Source: Trypanosoma brucei
Lineage: Eukaryota
Reading direction: 5' to 3'
Length of the DNA stretch: 64,000 bases
Assembly (NCBI GenBank): GCA_000002445.1
Contig: CM000208.1
Location: forward strand, 1,024,001-1,088,000
Below, piece by piece: positions 1-10,707 of the stretch (positions are counted from its first letter, which is position 1; every line of letters begins with the position of its first letter). Both the position numbers and the translations under genes were made by a program. The notes under the pieces were generated by a model that was not told the origin of the DNA, searched no databases, and saw only the letters and a list, made by a program, of their open reading frames with translations.

Positions 1-2271
1 ACACAATAGAAAGTGCTCGCAACAGGCGTGAAAGTACTCTGCCATAGCGCGATGACGAAAGCAGAAACGAAGGAAAGCATCAAATGTGATGTACTCTCCG
101 GAGCGATTAGTTCCCCTACCCACCTCCTCGATCTGTACTGTCTTTTTACCAACAGTCGCTTCCCACTCTTCAGTGGCCCCACTCCGAATATATGAAAAGA
201 GTGAATCTTCCTCTGCCAATTGTACCTGAGACTTTGTGGCCGGGCCACGCCACAAGGTAGAGTGATGTGGTACGAATAACATGTCGAGTAGCGCATCAAA
301 CTCCGCACGTCCAAGGCGGCGCTCCTCGACAGAAAGGGCTGTTGCAGCGAGTGAAGCAGCCACAGGGGCGCATCTGTTAATGTTTTGACAAGGACGAAAG
401 AGGAACCGCACCTTGCAACCGTAAACAGTTGTGTACGAGGAGGGACAGGTACCGGTAGGTAAGGGGCTTTCGGCACAAGATATGACATTAGCATCACCTG
501 CTTCAACATTCTCCCGACCGGCACCTTGTACCTCGCCTACAGTTACAAACGTATCTTTAATGTGTGATCGGTATTTTTCCTGTTGTCGAAGAAGGTCCTC
601 CCCGGCGAGCAACATCATCGCGAAAGTCCTTCGTAGTATAAAATCTAGGGCAACCTCATCATCTGCTTCCCCTTTTCGCAGTTCATCGATAAAAACCATA
701 TGAGCATTGGAAGGGACACTACTCTCACCAGTCTTGTCACTGGCACCATGGCTGTCACTGGATCCCACGATAATGGGCTCTGTATAAAGAGCAGATAGAA
801 AATCACGGAACGAAATATAACAACCTCGCACAGAGGCCCGCCGTGACAAATGCAGTAGCAACCGTTCGTTCAAAGTCGGGTATAACCCTATTGGAGACAA
901 GAACCGTCCAAGGGCTGTCGGTGACATGTAACCTTTAGGTGTAATATTCATTTGCGGCTGAGGGCCACCGTCGCTCCGCTGCAGTAGGGCAGAGAACCGG
1001 TAAAGCATTCTAACCACTCGATCATACGGCATTCCCGCAAAGTGTGGATGCGCGGTTTCCACATTCACTGCATCGACGGGAAGGCTCAGCCGCGCCGCAA
1101 CAAGCGCAAGGTGAACATCTGCTTCGGAGTGCCAGGTTGCTGGAACATTAAGTGTGCTAGCCATGGCACGGCGCACTCTTTCTGCGTAGAGAGAAGGGTT
1201 CAATTTCTCCTCTTTCGATGGTTCACACACGGGGAGGTATATCACTTCTACTTGGTTGAATAACTGCGCTGCAGTCCCTAGAAGAATACTTGTTGGACTC
1301 GCCGCACCGCACCAACTGGTATTGAAGTATTTATGTGAATGCCGGAGAACAACAGGTTGAACGGGAAGTCCTGTGGCGAAGGCGTCGGTGGAAAACCGCA
1401 TCATAACACGACCATTCGTGCAGCACGGTTCAGGGAATACGACATGGGCCACGACTCCTTCCCCTCCCTCACGCACCTCCGTTTCATTACAGTCACTCAT
1501 ATCAGCAGACATTTCAGTCTGGGGATTATTGTTCGTACTTGCTTCGGTACCGTCGATTTCCTCTTGCGTTTTTTGGCGGTGCTTTAGCTCCAGGGATTTC
1601 ACAATGCGCCTATCCTCCCCGTTGTATGTCCGACCACGTAATAACATGCTAGTGAAGTTTGCCTCAGCAAGGTTTCCAGTTACTAGTGAAGCATCACATT
1701 CGAAAAGCAGAAGTAATCCGTCTTGTATCGTAACATGATTAGCAACAATAACAGGACCTACTACCCGCGAGCCGTCTGCACGCCGACCATAGTTACATTT
1801 GTTCCTACGATTAACCCGAAGGTAACCGAGGCCAAGAATAGACCAGCGTGGTAAAGTACCCGCGATGTACCGAAACAGGCAACTTACCTTGCTAAGATTA
1901 TCAACTTCTTTTGCTGCAGTATGGCATCCTCTTTTCTGGATAATCATCTCAAGTAACCAATAAAGTACTATCAGCAGGGTGATGTAAAGTACACGAAGCG
2001 GAACCAGGATAGTGGTATAAGTAATTTTCCTCAACCTCTGTAAAGGTTCATTTGATGCTGCTTCGCTGTAGTAGAATGGGTTGTCTGCTTCACGAGGCAA
2101 TGCCGGACGCGGTTTCCGGAAAGTTGGTTCCAAAGTTGGTGCACCCGTTGCATATTGGGTCCTTCGCCTGTCAGTAGCACTGCTTTGTGCTTCTGCCGCC
2201 GGTTCTTCCCCGAACCTTGTCGTCGCTTCGAGAGCTGTGGCAACATTAGAACCCGTGATAGCCCAAAACAT
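1..2271 (-). CDS. Lysophospholipid acyltransferase (LPCAT/AGPAT-like, PlsC family), partial - 3' end lies beyond window start
   Basis: Absent from the ORF track because the stop is outside the window. Manual minus-strand translation from 2271 down to 1 gives 757 codons with no stop (MFWAITGSNVATALEATTRF...HFLLC). ATG is at 2271-2269, preceded by an in-frame stop at 2286-2284. There is an N-terminal TM helix (ITYTTILVPLRVLYITLLIVLYWLL). Acyltransferase motif I is VANHVTIQD (HxxxxD). A motif III-like VVFPEPCCTNG matches FPEGTCTN of LPCAT1. The downstream half has EF-hand-like acidic segments as in LPCAT1/2. Confidence 0.6.
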   Translation of the reverse strand, partial: MFWAITGSNVATALEATTRFGEEPAAEAQSSATDRRRTQYATGAPTLEPTFRKPRPALPREADNPFYYSEAASNEPLQRLRKITYTTILVPLRVLYITLLIVLYWLLEMIIQKRGCHTAAKEVDNLSKVSCLFRYIAGTLPRWSILGLGYLRVNRRNKCNYGRRADGSRVVGPVIVANHVTIQDGLLLLFECDASLVTGNLAEANFTSMLLRGRTYNGEDRRIVKSLELKHRQKTQEEIDGTEASTNNNPQTEMSADMSDCNETEVREGGEGVVAHVVFPEPCCTNGRVMMRFSTDAFATGLPVQPVVLRHSHKYFNTSWCGAASPTSILLGTAAQLFNQVEVIYLPVCEPSKEEKLNPSLYAERVRRAMASTLNVPATWHSEADVHLALVAARLSLPVDAVNVETAHPHFAGMPYDRVVRMLYRFSALLQRSDGGPQPQMNITPKGYMSPTALGRFLSPIGLYPTLNERLLLHLSRRASVRGCYISFRDFLSALYTEPIIVGSSDSHGASDKTGESSVPSNAHMVFIDELRKGEADDEVALDFILRRTFAMMLLAGEDLLRQQEKYRSHIKDTFVTVGEVQGAGRENVEAGDANVISCAESPLPTGTCPSSYTTVYGCKVRFLFRPCQNINRCAPVAASLAATALSVEERRLGRAEFDALLDMLFVPHHSTLWRGPATKSQVQLAEEDSLFSYIRSGATEEWEATVGKKTVQIEEVGRGTNRSGEYITFDAFLRFCFRHRAMAEYFHACCEHFLLC

Positions 2272-3134
2272 AAAACACAGGATCTATTTAGATGATTGCA
2301 CCCGCAGTTAAATTTGTTACGCTATGCTTGCCAAGTTAGTAATTTTGCAAGAAAATTAAACGTTTAAAAAATAAATATAGATTACTGCAGTTGTGGCATA
2401 CACAAGACTAGGAAGAGTAGCCATTGAATGTGTCGTCAGTGAAATATCATATTCGAATAGATGGAAACGCACTCAAACAAAAGTTTAATGTGAAAAGAAG
2501 TACAAAAACGTGGGCAAACACAAGGTATGATAAAAAAGAAAGCTACGCAGAAAAAAAAAAAGCAGTGCTTCTCCGTAAAATTGAAAGAAAGTAGTAAACA
2601 GCGCTACGCGCACACATTGCAGCTATCAAAACAAATACTGAATCCACTTCAGTGCCTCCGCTCTCCATAAATATCTCACCGTACTAACAAAGAACCAAAA
2701 ACTGAAAAAACTAAAGAGAACAGAGATCACGATAAAAGAAGTCCTTCACCGGGTTTCAAAAAAAAAAAAAGAGCTTGAAACCTAAACTCTTTCGGCAGTT
2801 GGAGAGTAAATAAAATTTAAGGGAGTTCCATGGCATCACGAACGCACACACCATCCTATGGTCTAAACACAAAACCAAAACAGAAGCAACTTGGTAGAAA
2901 TAAGTAATGTGTCACAAAGCCCAATGAGCATCGTGAGGGGGAATAAACAGCAAACTCTCTCTAGTACGATAAACACTGAATAGCCAACCTCCATGAACTT
3001 TTCCCGGTAAGAAATACAACAGCATTTAGGAAAACAACGAGCGACCCAAAGAAGGAAAAGGGGAAATATCAATACTACGTTTACAAAAGACACTAAAGAA
3101 ATACATACAGCCGAAGTCACTCCCCAAAGTAGCT

Positions 3135-5810
3135 CTACATTGTAGCATTGCACAAAACACCTTGCAGCCACTCCGCATATGCCGATGGTTGCATTTCATT
3201 ACCCTCCTGAACGTCCCCAAATAACCCCCTCGTCAGCCGGCCCAATCCCATTCCTGATGTGTACTCGCGCAGCACATCGATGAGGCCAATATAACAAACA
3301 TACCTCCACGGGGTCGTAGCCTCGGCACCCGGCGCCGTCAGTGGTTCCGACAAGAAACCACCATCAAAGTCAAAGATGGAGCCGCCCCCACCTCCTGTTG
3401 CGTGTCCTTCCCCGTTGCATGACGTTGCTTCTGCGTATCCACAGTCAGTAAATGCGGAGTTGTGCATACGCATTCCAATCAAGCAACTGTAACCGACAAT
3501 ATTCATTGAAGCTAGGAAAGAAGTATCGGAAATGAACTGCGCGAGTAATTGTGCCCGCTTTAGTTTGCCACAAGTTAATAGGCGAGGCGGTGGGTCATCA
3601 TCTCTGAATACGTCCTCCCCAAAACGAGTTCGCCACGAAGCAGAAAGTGATTTCGCCTTGGACAACAACCCTACTCGTGCCCCTTTAGCGACATGAATGC
3701 GTTGAATGAAGTGCGGCGTACGAAAGACATTCTGAGTAAGTATGTAGTGCTCGCACGATTCACTTGATACCCACGCAAACGTTACAAGTGCGTAGAAGTG
3801 TGGCAATGTCGTCATACAGTTCCGTTCGCAGTAGTGAATGTATTTAAGCAAAAAACTCTCCTTCAGGAGGTAAAATTCGCTCTCTTTTAGACTCTTCAAC
3901 ACAAAGTTGCCCAAAAAAATAAGTGATTTTCCACTTTCTCCACACGAAGGAACTTCACGCCATACGCACCTGTCAGTGAGGGCCCCACGGAGCTCTGCCA
4001 TGTTCAAATTCAAAATTCCCCGCATGCGATTGAAGAATTGGGGCGCATGTACCGTCACACGCGCCATATCGGTTCGGTGCATCTGCCGCTGTCCTGACCA
4101 CGTGAAAGAATTCCCTGAAAATGCCTCCAGCAACCCGGGGTCGGTGTTTTCACTGGAGAAGGGGGGAAGCTGTCTTGGAAATGGTGCGTCAAACGTTTCG
4201 AGTAGGGGCTTGTTATGGTGGCAGCGAAAGTTTAAGTACATCGCCTCACTAAGTGCAAGTTTAAGAACACTCGGGTTGCTAAGAAACGCATCGGTCAAGG
4301 TCGCTTCAGATTTGTGCACTTTCTCCCATACAGGTTTGAGAGATGGGTGGTCGCAAATCAATTTCTCGAAGACATCACGAAGTATAGTGTGGACATACCA
4401 CGCGCGATTTCTTGATCCACGAGGATCAACCGCGTTGCCAAATTGATTGGGATTGCACAAAGTTTCCGAACAAGACGCAGAACATCCCGAATATGCCGAT
4501 GAAGAGACGTCCTCGCCAGCGGAGAGAAGCTGCGTCGTCAGTGCCAACATTCCCGAGCCGCAAGGGTTTACGGCTTCACAAGACGTACTCTTTTGATCGT
4601 CAGATACATTTTCCGTTTCGCCGACACCATTGATACCAAAAGCAGGAGTGCTAAAGGACAAACTGGTGCAGTAGGGATGCACGCGGGAGTTTTCTGGATT
4701 GTTTAGAGCCGCCTCCCCTCCGTAACACGAAACCGACACTTCCCTTAGTTCTTCCAATTGATGATCTTCCACAATTGGGTTTGCAGAACCTCCAACCTCG
4801 TGTTCATCTGCGCTACTGCACGTAACTGACGGTAAAGAGGGAAACATGTGAACTCCTTGTGGCACACCACCCTCCTCACAGAACAAAATATCTGGAGTCT
4901 GTCCCTCCCTTTCGGAGGTGGAAGGAGAAGCGACGTCCCGTTGTACGGAATGTCCCTTTACTATTTTTGGTGGCGCAGTCGATGTCTCAATGTTTTCGCA
5001 GAAATCCAACAACTCTATTGTATCCTGGGCAAGACCTCCATAGCGTATTGGGCCGGGAGCGCTACCATCCAATTCCTCAGCCTCCAATACCTCATCTCTC
5101 GAGTGGCAATCCTCCGACGTATTGCAAATATCATTATTCCCACACCGATGGCAACCAAATAAATCATTTTTGTGCCGCACCGCCCCCTCCGCGGTCCCTA
5201 AGCATGATTTTAGGAGTTCCAGTCTCACTTGGAAGTTTTCCTCCTGGGATCGGCGTCGTTGGTACTCACGTCGAAGTTGCCCTTCAAGCACGCGTATGCG
5301 TAACTTCAAAGCTTCCTCATTCTCGTGGTGTGGCGCAGTGTTAGCATTTGTCGTGTGAACGGAAACATGTCTCGATACCGTCGCTCCCACACCACAGCAA
5401 GTAAATGAGGAACAACACATTTTACTGCAGCTATCCGGTAGTGAAACTGAGCGACTGTGCGTCCACATGCGATTACCAGAGTGTGTTCCACCTCCATATC
5501 TGCAACAACACGATGAGTGTTGCCCACCTATCTCTCGTGCCGTTACTGATGAGCCTGGCAGTTTATAGAAGGGCGGTGGCTGCCTTACTTCTCCTACGTG
5601 CCACTGTACATCCTCCTCGGGTGGAGCACGTCCAGACACATCGGACTGCAGCATCCGTATCTCGATTCCCAAATTCAAACGGAGGAGGGCGGGAAGAAAA
5701 GAACAAGAAGGATGGGTAGCGGGTGAGATGACCGAAATATCGTTTAAAGCCTTAGTGTAACAAACCTTCACCACTGTTAAGTGAGGATATTGGGGCGGAA
5801 ATGGGCACAT
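3135..5810 (-). CDS. Phosphatidylinositol phosphate kinase (PIPK) with long N-terminal extension
   Basis: 891-aa ORF starting at an ATG (rc of 5808-5810). The C-terminal ~350 aa carry the PIPK catalytic core. The glycine loop is GESGKSLIFLGNFVLKSL. The motifs MNIVGYSCLIGMRMH (cf. MDYSLLVGIH) and YVCYIGLIDVLREY (cf. GIIDILQxY) are present. The N-terminal ~500 aa are low-complexity with a short coiled-coil. The true start may be an internal Met. Confidence 0.7.
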   Translation of the reverse strand: MCPFPPQYPHLTVVKVCYTKALNDISVISPATHPSCSFLPALLRLNLGIEIRMLQSDVSGRAPPEEDVQWHVGEVRQPPPFYKLPGSSVTAREIGGQHSSCCCRYGGGTHSGNRMWTHSRSVSLPDSCSKMCCSSFTCCGVGATVSRHVSVHTTNANTAPHHENEEALKLRIRVLEGQLRREYQRRRSQEENFQVRLELLKSCLGTAEGAVRHKNDLFGCHRCGNNDICNTSEDCHSRDEVLEAEELDGSAPGPIRYGGLAQDTIELLDFCENIETSTAPPKIVKGHSVQRDVASPSTSEREGQTPDILFCEEGGVPQGVHMFPSLPSVTCSSADEHEVGGSANPIVEDHQLEELREVSVSCYGGEAALNNPENSRVHPYCTSLSFSTPAFGINGVGETENVSDDQKSTSCEAVNPCGSGMLALTTQLLSAGEDVSSSAYSGCSASCSETLCNPNQFGNAVDPRGSRNRAWYVHTILRDVFEKLICDHPSLKPVWEKVHKSEATLTDAFLSNPSVLKLALSEAMYLNFRCHHNKPLLETFDAPFPRQLPPFSSENTDPGLLEAFSGNSFTWSGQRQMHRTDMARVTVHAPQFFNRMRGILNLNMAELRGALTDRCVWREVPSCGESGKSLIFLGNFVLKSLKESEFYLLKESFLLKYIHYCERNCMTTLPHFYALVTFAWVSSESCEHYILTQNVFRTPHFIQRIHVAKGARVGLLSKAKSLSASWRTRFGEDVFRDDDPPPRLLTCGKLKRAQLLAQFISDTSFLASMNIVGYSCLIGMRMHNSAFTDCGYAEATSCNGEGHATGGGGGSIFDFDGGFLSEPLTAPGAEATTPWRYVCYIGLIDVLREYTSGMGLGRLTRGLFGDVQEGNEMQPSAYAEWLQGVLCNATM

Positions 5811-7438
5811 GGTTCATGCTACTCTATTCCACCGCATCACTTTATTCATTTAAAGTTGAGGAAATGTTGCCACGTGCACTCAAAAAGTCGACTTCCCTGA
5901 GTATTCCATGCGGAGAGCGAACAATTCATTAAACAACCTCACCCCTCCTCCATGCATAGTGTAAGAATTAACAGTAAGAAAGAAACAAAGACGAAACGTT
6001 GTTCGCCAGCTGATAAGTACCTGTAGCGACCCAAAAAAAAAAATTTGCGCAGAAAAGCAGGGAAGCTACCGGGGGAAAAAAAATCCTCCCACTCCCTGAG
6101 CACAAAAAACACACACCATCACAGCAGCAACTGCCGGCGGTCTCCACGCCTTGGTGTAAAGGACGGAGATACCATTATTACCACTGCGGTAATATTGCAA
6201 GCCACAACTATTACCGCTGTCACGGTTACCTTTCTGACAACGTCACATCAGCGGACACAAAAACAACCATAAGGGGGTGGGAAAAAAGAGCACTGTGGTG
6301 AGCACCCCCCGAAAAAAAGAGGGAAGGTGCTGCACTAAACCCGCTCACCGGAGTCTTTAAACAAATTAACCGCTTCGTTAAGTTCCTCGAAAATGCCATT
6401 TATGAAGTAGAAGATGAAAACTAAACAGGCTTAAATGGGATGAAGTCAGGGGAAACTTACACGATCGGCCCCCTCTACTTCTTCCTTTAACTCTGTCCAT
6501 ACAAAAGCATTCTAAAGACATTGTCCATTTGCTCCCAATCAAGCACCCATACGACTTGACAATACAACTTTACTACAGCTTTCCTTTTTTTTTCTTCACT
6601 CAAATCAACGACACTGCTATTATTGGTTGCGCACATGAAATAGTAGTAGTGGTAACAGTAACAAGCTACTGCTCATAACATCACTATAACATATTTGTTC
6701 TTTCTTTTCTTTTTTTTCGCTGATGAACCCATTACCACCCCACCCATTGCCCCTACAATTTGTCATAGGGAGCATTAGCGTTTCTAATCACCATCAATAT
6801 CTTTGGCTGCCTCATGTTTACCTCATCCTATCACTCAAAATACAATTCGTCTCAACCCCACCCCGCTTTTTCCCTCTTGGTGTCTTCATGTGCACATGCA
6901 ACTGTCTCCCTTTTTTTTTCTCTTTCCCTTCCTCTCACCATACATCCTTTACTCAACCACTCACTCACTCAATCAATTATTACATTTTATTACTCGCCCA
7001 CTTAGCAAGCTTTTTTTTTCCACTTTTCCCGGTGTATACCTCATCAACATCATCTTCTTTCCTCATGTGCAAACAAAAAAGTAATACCCAAATTAAAGTT
7101 TAATTTTGGGGGTTGGCAAAAAAAAAAAGAGAAGAAAACGTTACGACACCGCATTTCAACAAAATTGTGAAGTGTGAAGTGTGTGTGTGTGTGTGTGGAG
7201 AGAGAAAAGGAGAGAACAAGCAGAAGCAAACCAAATCCAACTAAAGAGAGCAAAAGGGGTAGAAAAACATTTTGTCCCATTAGTGGCACATGAAAGAAGG
7301 AAAAAGACATAAAGAAATGTATCTAGAAAGAGGGAGAGAATATGGTGATTTGAATTTAAAGAGAGAGAAAAAAGAAGAGATATGAAGAGGCGAAAACGAA
7401 AAGCCAGTTTATAAATATATAAATACATACGCACAGCT

Positions 7439-7446
<8 letters not shown>

Positions 7447-7470
<24 letters not shown>
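7447..7470. repeat. (AT)n microsatellite
   Basis: Read directly. It is flanked by (TG)8 at 7181-7196. Confidence 0.85.
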
Positions 7471-7471
<1 letters not shown>

Positions 7472-7997
7472 CATTTGTCGCTTCCTTCCTCTCGTTCCTT
7501 TTTTATCAGATCTCCTTCCATTAGATCTTGTTTTGTACCCACTTTATGCCCACATTTTTTTTTCTTTCTTGCCCTTCCTCGACACTCTCTTTTATTATTT
7601 TCGTAAGTTCAAGCTCGTCATTAACATGTGTGCCCAAACATGTGCACTCACAATCTACTGAGCGCAACGGCACAGGGAAAAAATGTTTTCGGTATCAAAA
7701 AAAAGGAGAGGATGATGAGGGCAAAAAAAAGAAAAAAATTAAGTAAGCACAGGAAATAAGGGCGCATTACAGTAAAAAAAAAAAAGAAAAAAGGAAACAA
7801 CGACACAAGCAACAAAGGGATGAACGGCGGAAACAGTAATAACCAATGAAGAAAAAAAGAGTGTAGGGGATGTTGGGAATGAGTAAAAAGACACACGCAG
7901 GCAAGGGCATACAAACAGAGAGGGAGAGAGATACACAGAAGGAACATGGACGGAGGGATGGGAACGATGACAACGCTCACAAGGTACGCATAGACCA

Positions 7998-10220
7998 TTA
8001 TATAAGTACGCTTTCGCCCCTGGGAAGTGTGTCCTCCATTGCTCGCAGTCGCTCAGGTTCCAGAAGTTTGGCAACGTAAGCAACTGCCTCGTGAAAGTCG
8101 TGCGTGCGTCCAGAGATACGGCAAAATCGAACTAGTGTATATTCAAAGGCCCCGGAAGAAAGTAGTACATCAATAGTACATGTGCCAGTCACTTGGTTCT
8201 TTGGGGTTGGGCCACTACCATAAGCGATCGTGCGTTGTGGTGGGGAGACGCTGCCTGCTTTGAGGGATTCCGCCCACCGTGACGATTCCTCGTAGCTTGA
8301 AGCCAAATTACCATGATGAGCATCATTCACATTGGAATACTGGCCAGCATGACCTGTGGAATGGGGTAGCATGGGAATGGATGATGTACAGAAGCTGCTA
8401 CCCAACAGGGCGTTGTGTGAGAGGTCTTTCGGTGTCAAAAAACACCCTTCAGATTCGATAGCTGGTGGCGTCGCCGACATGGTCAATGGAGTGGTTTGCG
8501 CAGCCGATTTTCCAACATAGCAGAAGGAATAAACACGTTCCACATCAGACATGTTCACTACATCACGGATTAAGACAAGACGGTCGGCATGTTTCATCAG
8601 CTTTTTCACGATGTTATCCCAGACACCCGACACAAAGACACCGCGCCGAACACTCTCTCTCAACTCACAGTATCGATACAACGCAGCTAAATTTGTTGCT
8701 GCGGCAAGTTTCCGGCCCATTGGATGCCGAACAAGCATGTCACGGCTCACCACACCTTTGAGGAACATACGGAATGTTATTTCACCACGGTTTCCCACCT
8801 CGTGCTCATCAAAGAAGCGGATTAGACTTCGAATCTCTTCATCGTTTACGTCAGTTTGGCACCGCTCGAAGAGGCGCTTCAATTGATTCATGTCAATAAC
8901 ACCTGTGTGAAGTTCGTCTACGCAATCAAAGGCAGTGCGCACCTGCCGTACTACCTTTCGCTCAACACCATCCATCTCCGTATCAATGATTTTGGGAAGC
9001 TGAAAGTCGTCGCTGTGTTTAAACGAGGAGTGTGCGAGGTCCCTGATGACCCATGCGTCGTGAAACTGTTTGAAGGTAACAAACATGCTATCTTTCTTTC
9101 CAGTAAAGAGGTGAACAAGCTCCGACACTCCCTCCGCACTCACCTTCTTACCGTGTAGGGTGGTTAGCATATCCCGTAGCTGATCTCGTGTTATATCTCC
9201 GTAACCATCAATGTTAATTTTTTTAAACGCCTTTCGTATCGCGGCCTCCTCTTGCTCAGTTGCACGGTGCTGCGTGGAGAAATCCAGAAACGCAGCACCG
9301 CGTTTTAACTCGGGGCGGTGGGGGAAGAGGTCAGCTTTGATATCTACAACAAACCACTCGCTTTCAAGTATTTGCGATATGCTCGGTCGCTCTGTCGGCT
9401 CTAAGGCAAGCATCCCACGCACCAGTGACCGAGCCCCAGGGGTGAGACGCGCCTCCTCCTCCTCCGTGAAGGAAAAGCTACCCATCTGAATGAGGTGCAA
9501 CGTCTCCTCATCATCTCGGCCGGAGAAGGGAAGTCGACCCGTAAGCATGAAGAAGAGAATAATACCCGCACACCAGAGGTCTTGCTGAAACACATCTACA
9601 GCGAGAGAACCGGTGGTGCGTGTCACCATCTCTGGGGAAGTGTAGTGCAGAGTCCCGATGGGTTGCAGGGTCTCATTTGGAGAGCCATCGTCTCCATCTT
9701 CCCCTTCTGTTCGATATTTGCTGCAGAAACCAAAGTCGCATACCAATAACCGATTATCTTTGCCAAGTAACAAATTCTCCGCCTTTAGATCTCTGTGGGC
9801 GACGCCGTTACTGTGGCAGTAGTCTATAGCAGACATGAGTTGCTGAAAGTACAATCGGGCCGTTGCTTCACGGAAATATTTCTCAGCAATGACAAGATCG
9901 AACAACTCCCCGCATTCAGCAAGCTCCATGATTAGGTAGAAAGCGGAGGTACTCTGCAGAAACTTGTATAACTTCACCACGTGCGGGTGCTCTAAAGACT
10001 GCATGACGGTGGCTTCCTGAATGATTAGTGATTCAGAGCCCATCAAGTAATTATTCGGTATTATCTTCATCGCAAAACACTCTCCGGACGGGACATACTT
10101 GACGAGAAATACCGAAGCGTAACCTCCTTCACCAAGTCGCTGACTGGCGACATAATCCTTCAGCACCACCTTCTCGTCCTGCAGGAGCGACGAACCGGTG
10201 AATTCGGTCGTTGAGGTCAT
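7998..10220 (-). CDS. Ser/Thr protein kinase, CAMK/CDPK-like, with C-terminal EF-hand-like pair(s) and Ser-rich tail
   Basis: ATG at rc of 10218-10220 (MTSTTEF...). The kinase subdomains are clear: GEGGYASVFL, AMKII, HRDLKAENLLL, DFGFCS. Downstream EF-hand-like loops are NIDGYGDITRDQL, DCVDELHTGVIDMNQL and FDEHEVGNRGEITF. The ORF-track version adds 17 upstream codons before this ATG. Confidence 0.8.
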   Translation of the reverse strand: MTSTTEFTGSSLLQDEKVVLKDYVASQRLGEGGYASVFLVKYVPSGECFAMKIIPNNYLMGSESLIIQEATVMQSLEHPHVVKLYKFLQSTSAFYLIMELAECGELFDLVIAEKYFREATARLYFQQLMSAIDYCHSNGVAHRDLKAENLLLGKDNRLLVCDFGFCSKYRTEGEDGDDGSPNETLQPIGTLHYTSPEMVTRTTGSLAVDVFQQDLWCAGIILFFMLTGRLPFSGRDDEETLHLIQMGSFSFTEEEEARLTPGARSLVRGMLALEPTERPSISQILESEWFVVDIKADLFPHRPELKRGAAFLDFSTQHRATEQEEAAIRKAFKKINIDGYGDITRDQLRDMLTTLHGKKVSAEGVSELVHLFTGKKDSMFVTFKQFHDAWVIRDLAHSSFKHSDDFQLPKIIDTEMDGVERKVVRQVRTAFDCVDELHTGVIDMNQLKRLFERCQTDVNDEEIRSLIRFFDEHEVGNRGEITFRMFLKGVVSRDMLVRHPMGRKLAAATNLAALYRYCELRESVRRGVFVSGVWDNIVKKLMKHADRLVLIRDVVNMSDVERVYSFCYVGKSAAQTTPLTMSATPPAIESEGCFLTPKDLSHNALLGSSFCTSSIPMLPHSTGHAGQYSNVNDAHHGNLASSYEESSRWAESLKAGSVSPPQRTIAYGSGPTPKNQVTGTCTIDVLLSSGAFEYTLVRFCRISGRTHDFHEAVAYVAKLLEPERLRAMEDTLPRGESVLI

Positions 10221-10410
10221 TCGCCCCCCCCCCCAAAAAAAGAAAGAATTAAAACACCCACAAACAAGCACGCAAGCGATCCGTTAAACTCAGCTAGCCA
10301 ACAACGAATAAATCCTCAAACAAAAACAAAACACGAATTTACGGAAACAAAATAAAAAAGGGAATGATAATAATCGTAACAACAGTCGTACTAGTAGTAA
10401 ACGTAACTGC

Positions 10411-10450
10411 AATTACTATAAAGAAAAGAAAGAAGAGAAAGAGAGGGGAA
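10411..10450 (-). promoter_or_regulatory. Polypyrimidine tract (minus-strand sense), candidate trans-splicing signal upstream of the kinase gene
   Basis: The plus strand aagaaaagaaagaagagaaagagaggggaaac is poly-Y on the minus strand, about 190-230 nt 5' of the ATG at 10220. Inferred. Confidence 0.3.
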
Positions 10451-10684
10451 ACAAATCCCACTAACTTCTTCCGTGTCCCTTTTTGAGTTGCGTATTATAC
10501 TCTCCAGTAAAAATAGGAAAGCGTATGCTTATATAAATATGTATACTCGTTACTGACGTCAATTTATTTTATTTTGTGTGTTCTGCCCTGCTTGTTACAA
10601 TTGGCACCGCACGCCCTCTTCTCCCTCCTTCTCTTCACAAACACAACCGCCGCAGGCACCCACTTCTGGAAAATACGAAATCAA

Positions 10685-10707
10685 TATATATATATATATA
10701 TATATAT
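10685..10707. repeat. (TA)n microsatellite
   Basis: tatatatatatatatatatatat read directly. Confidence 0.9.
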
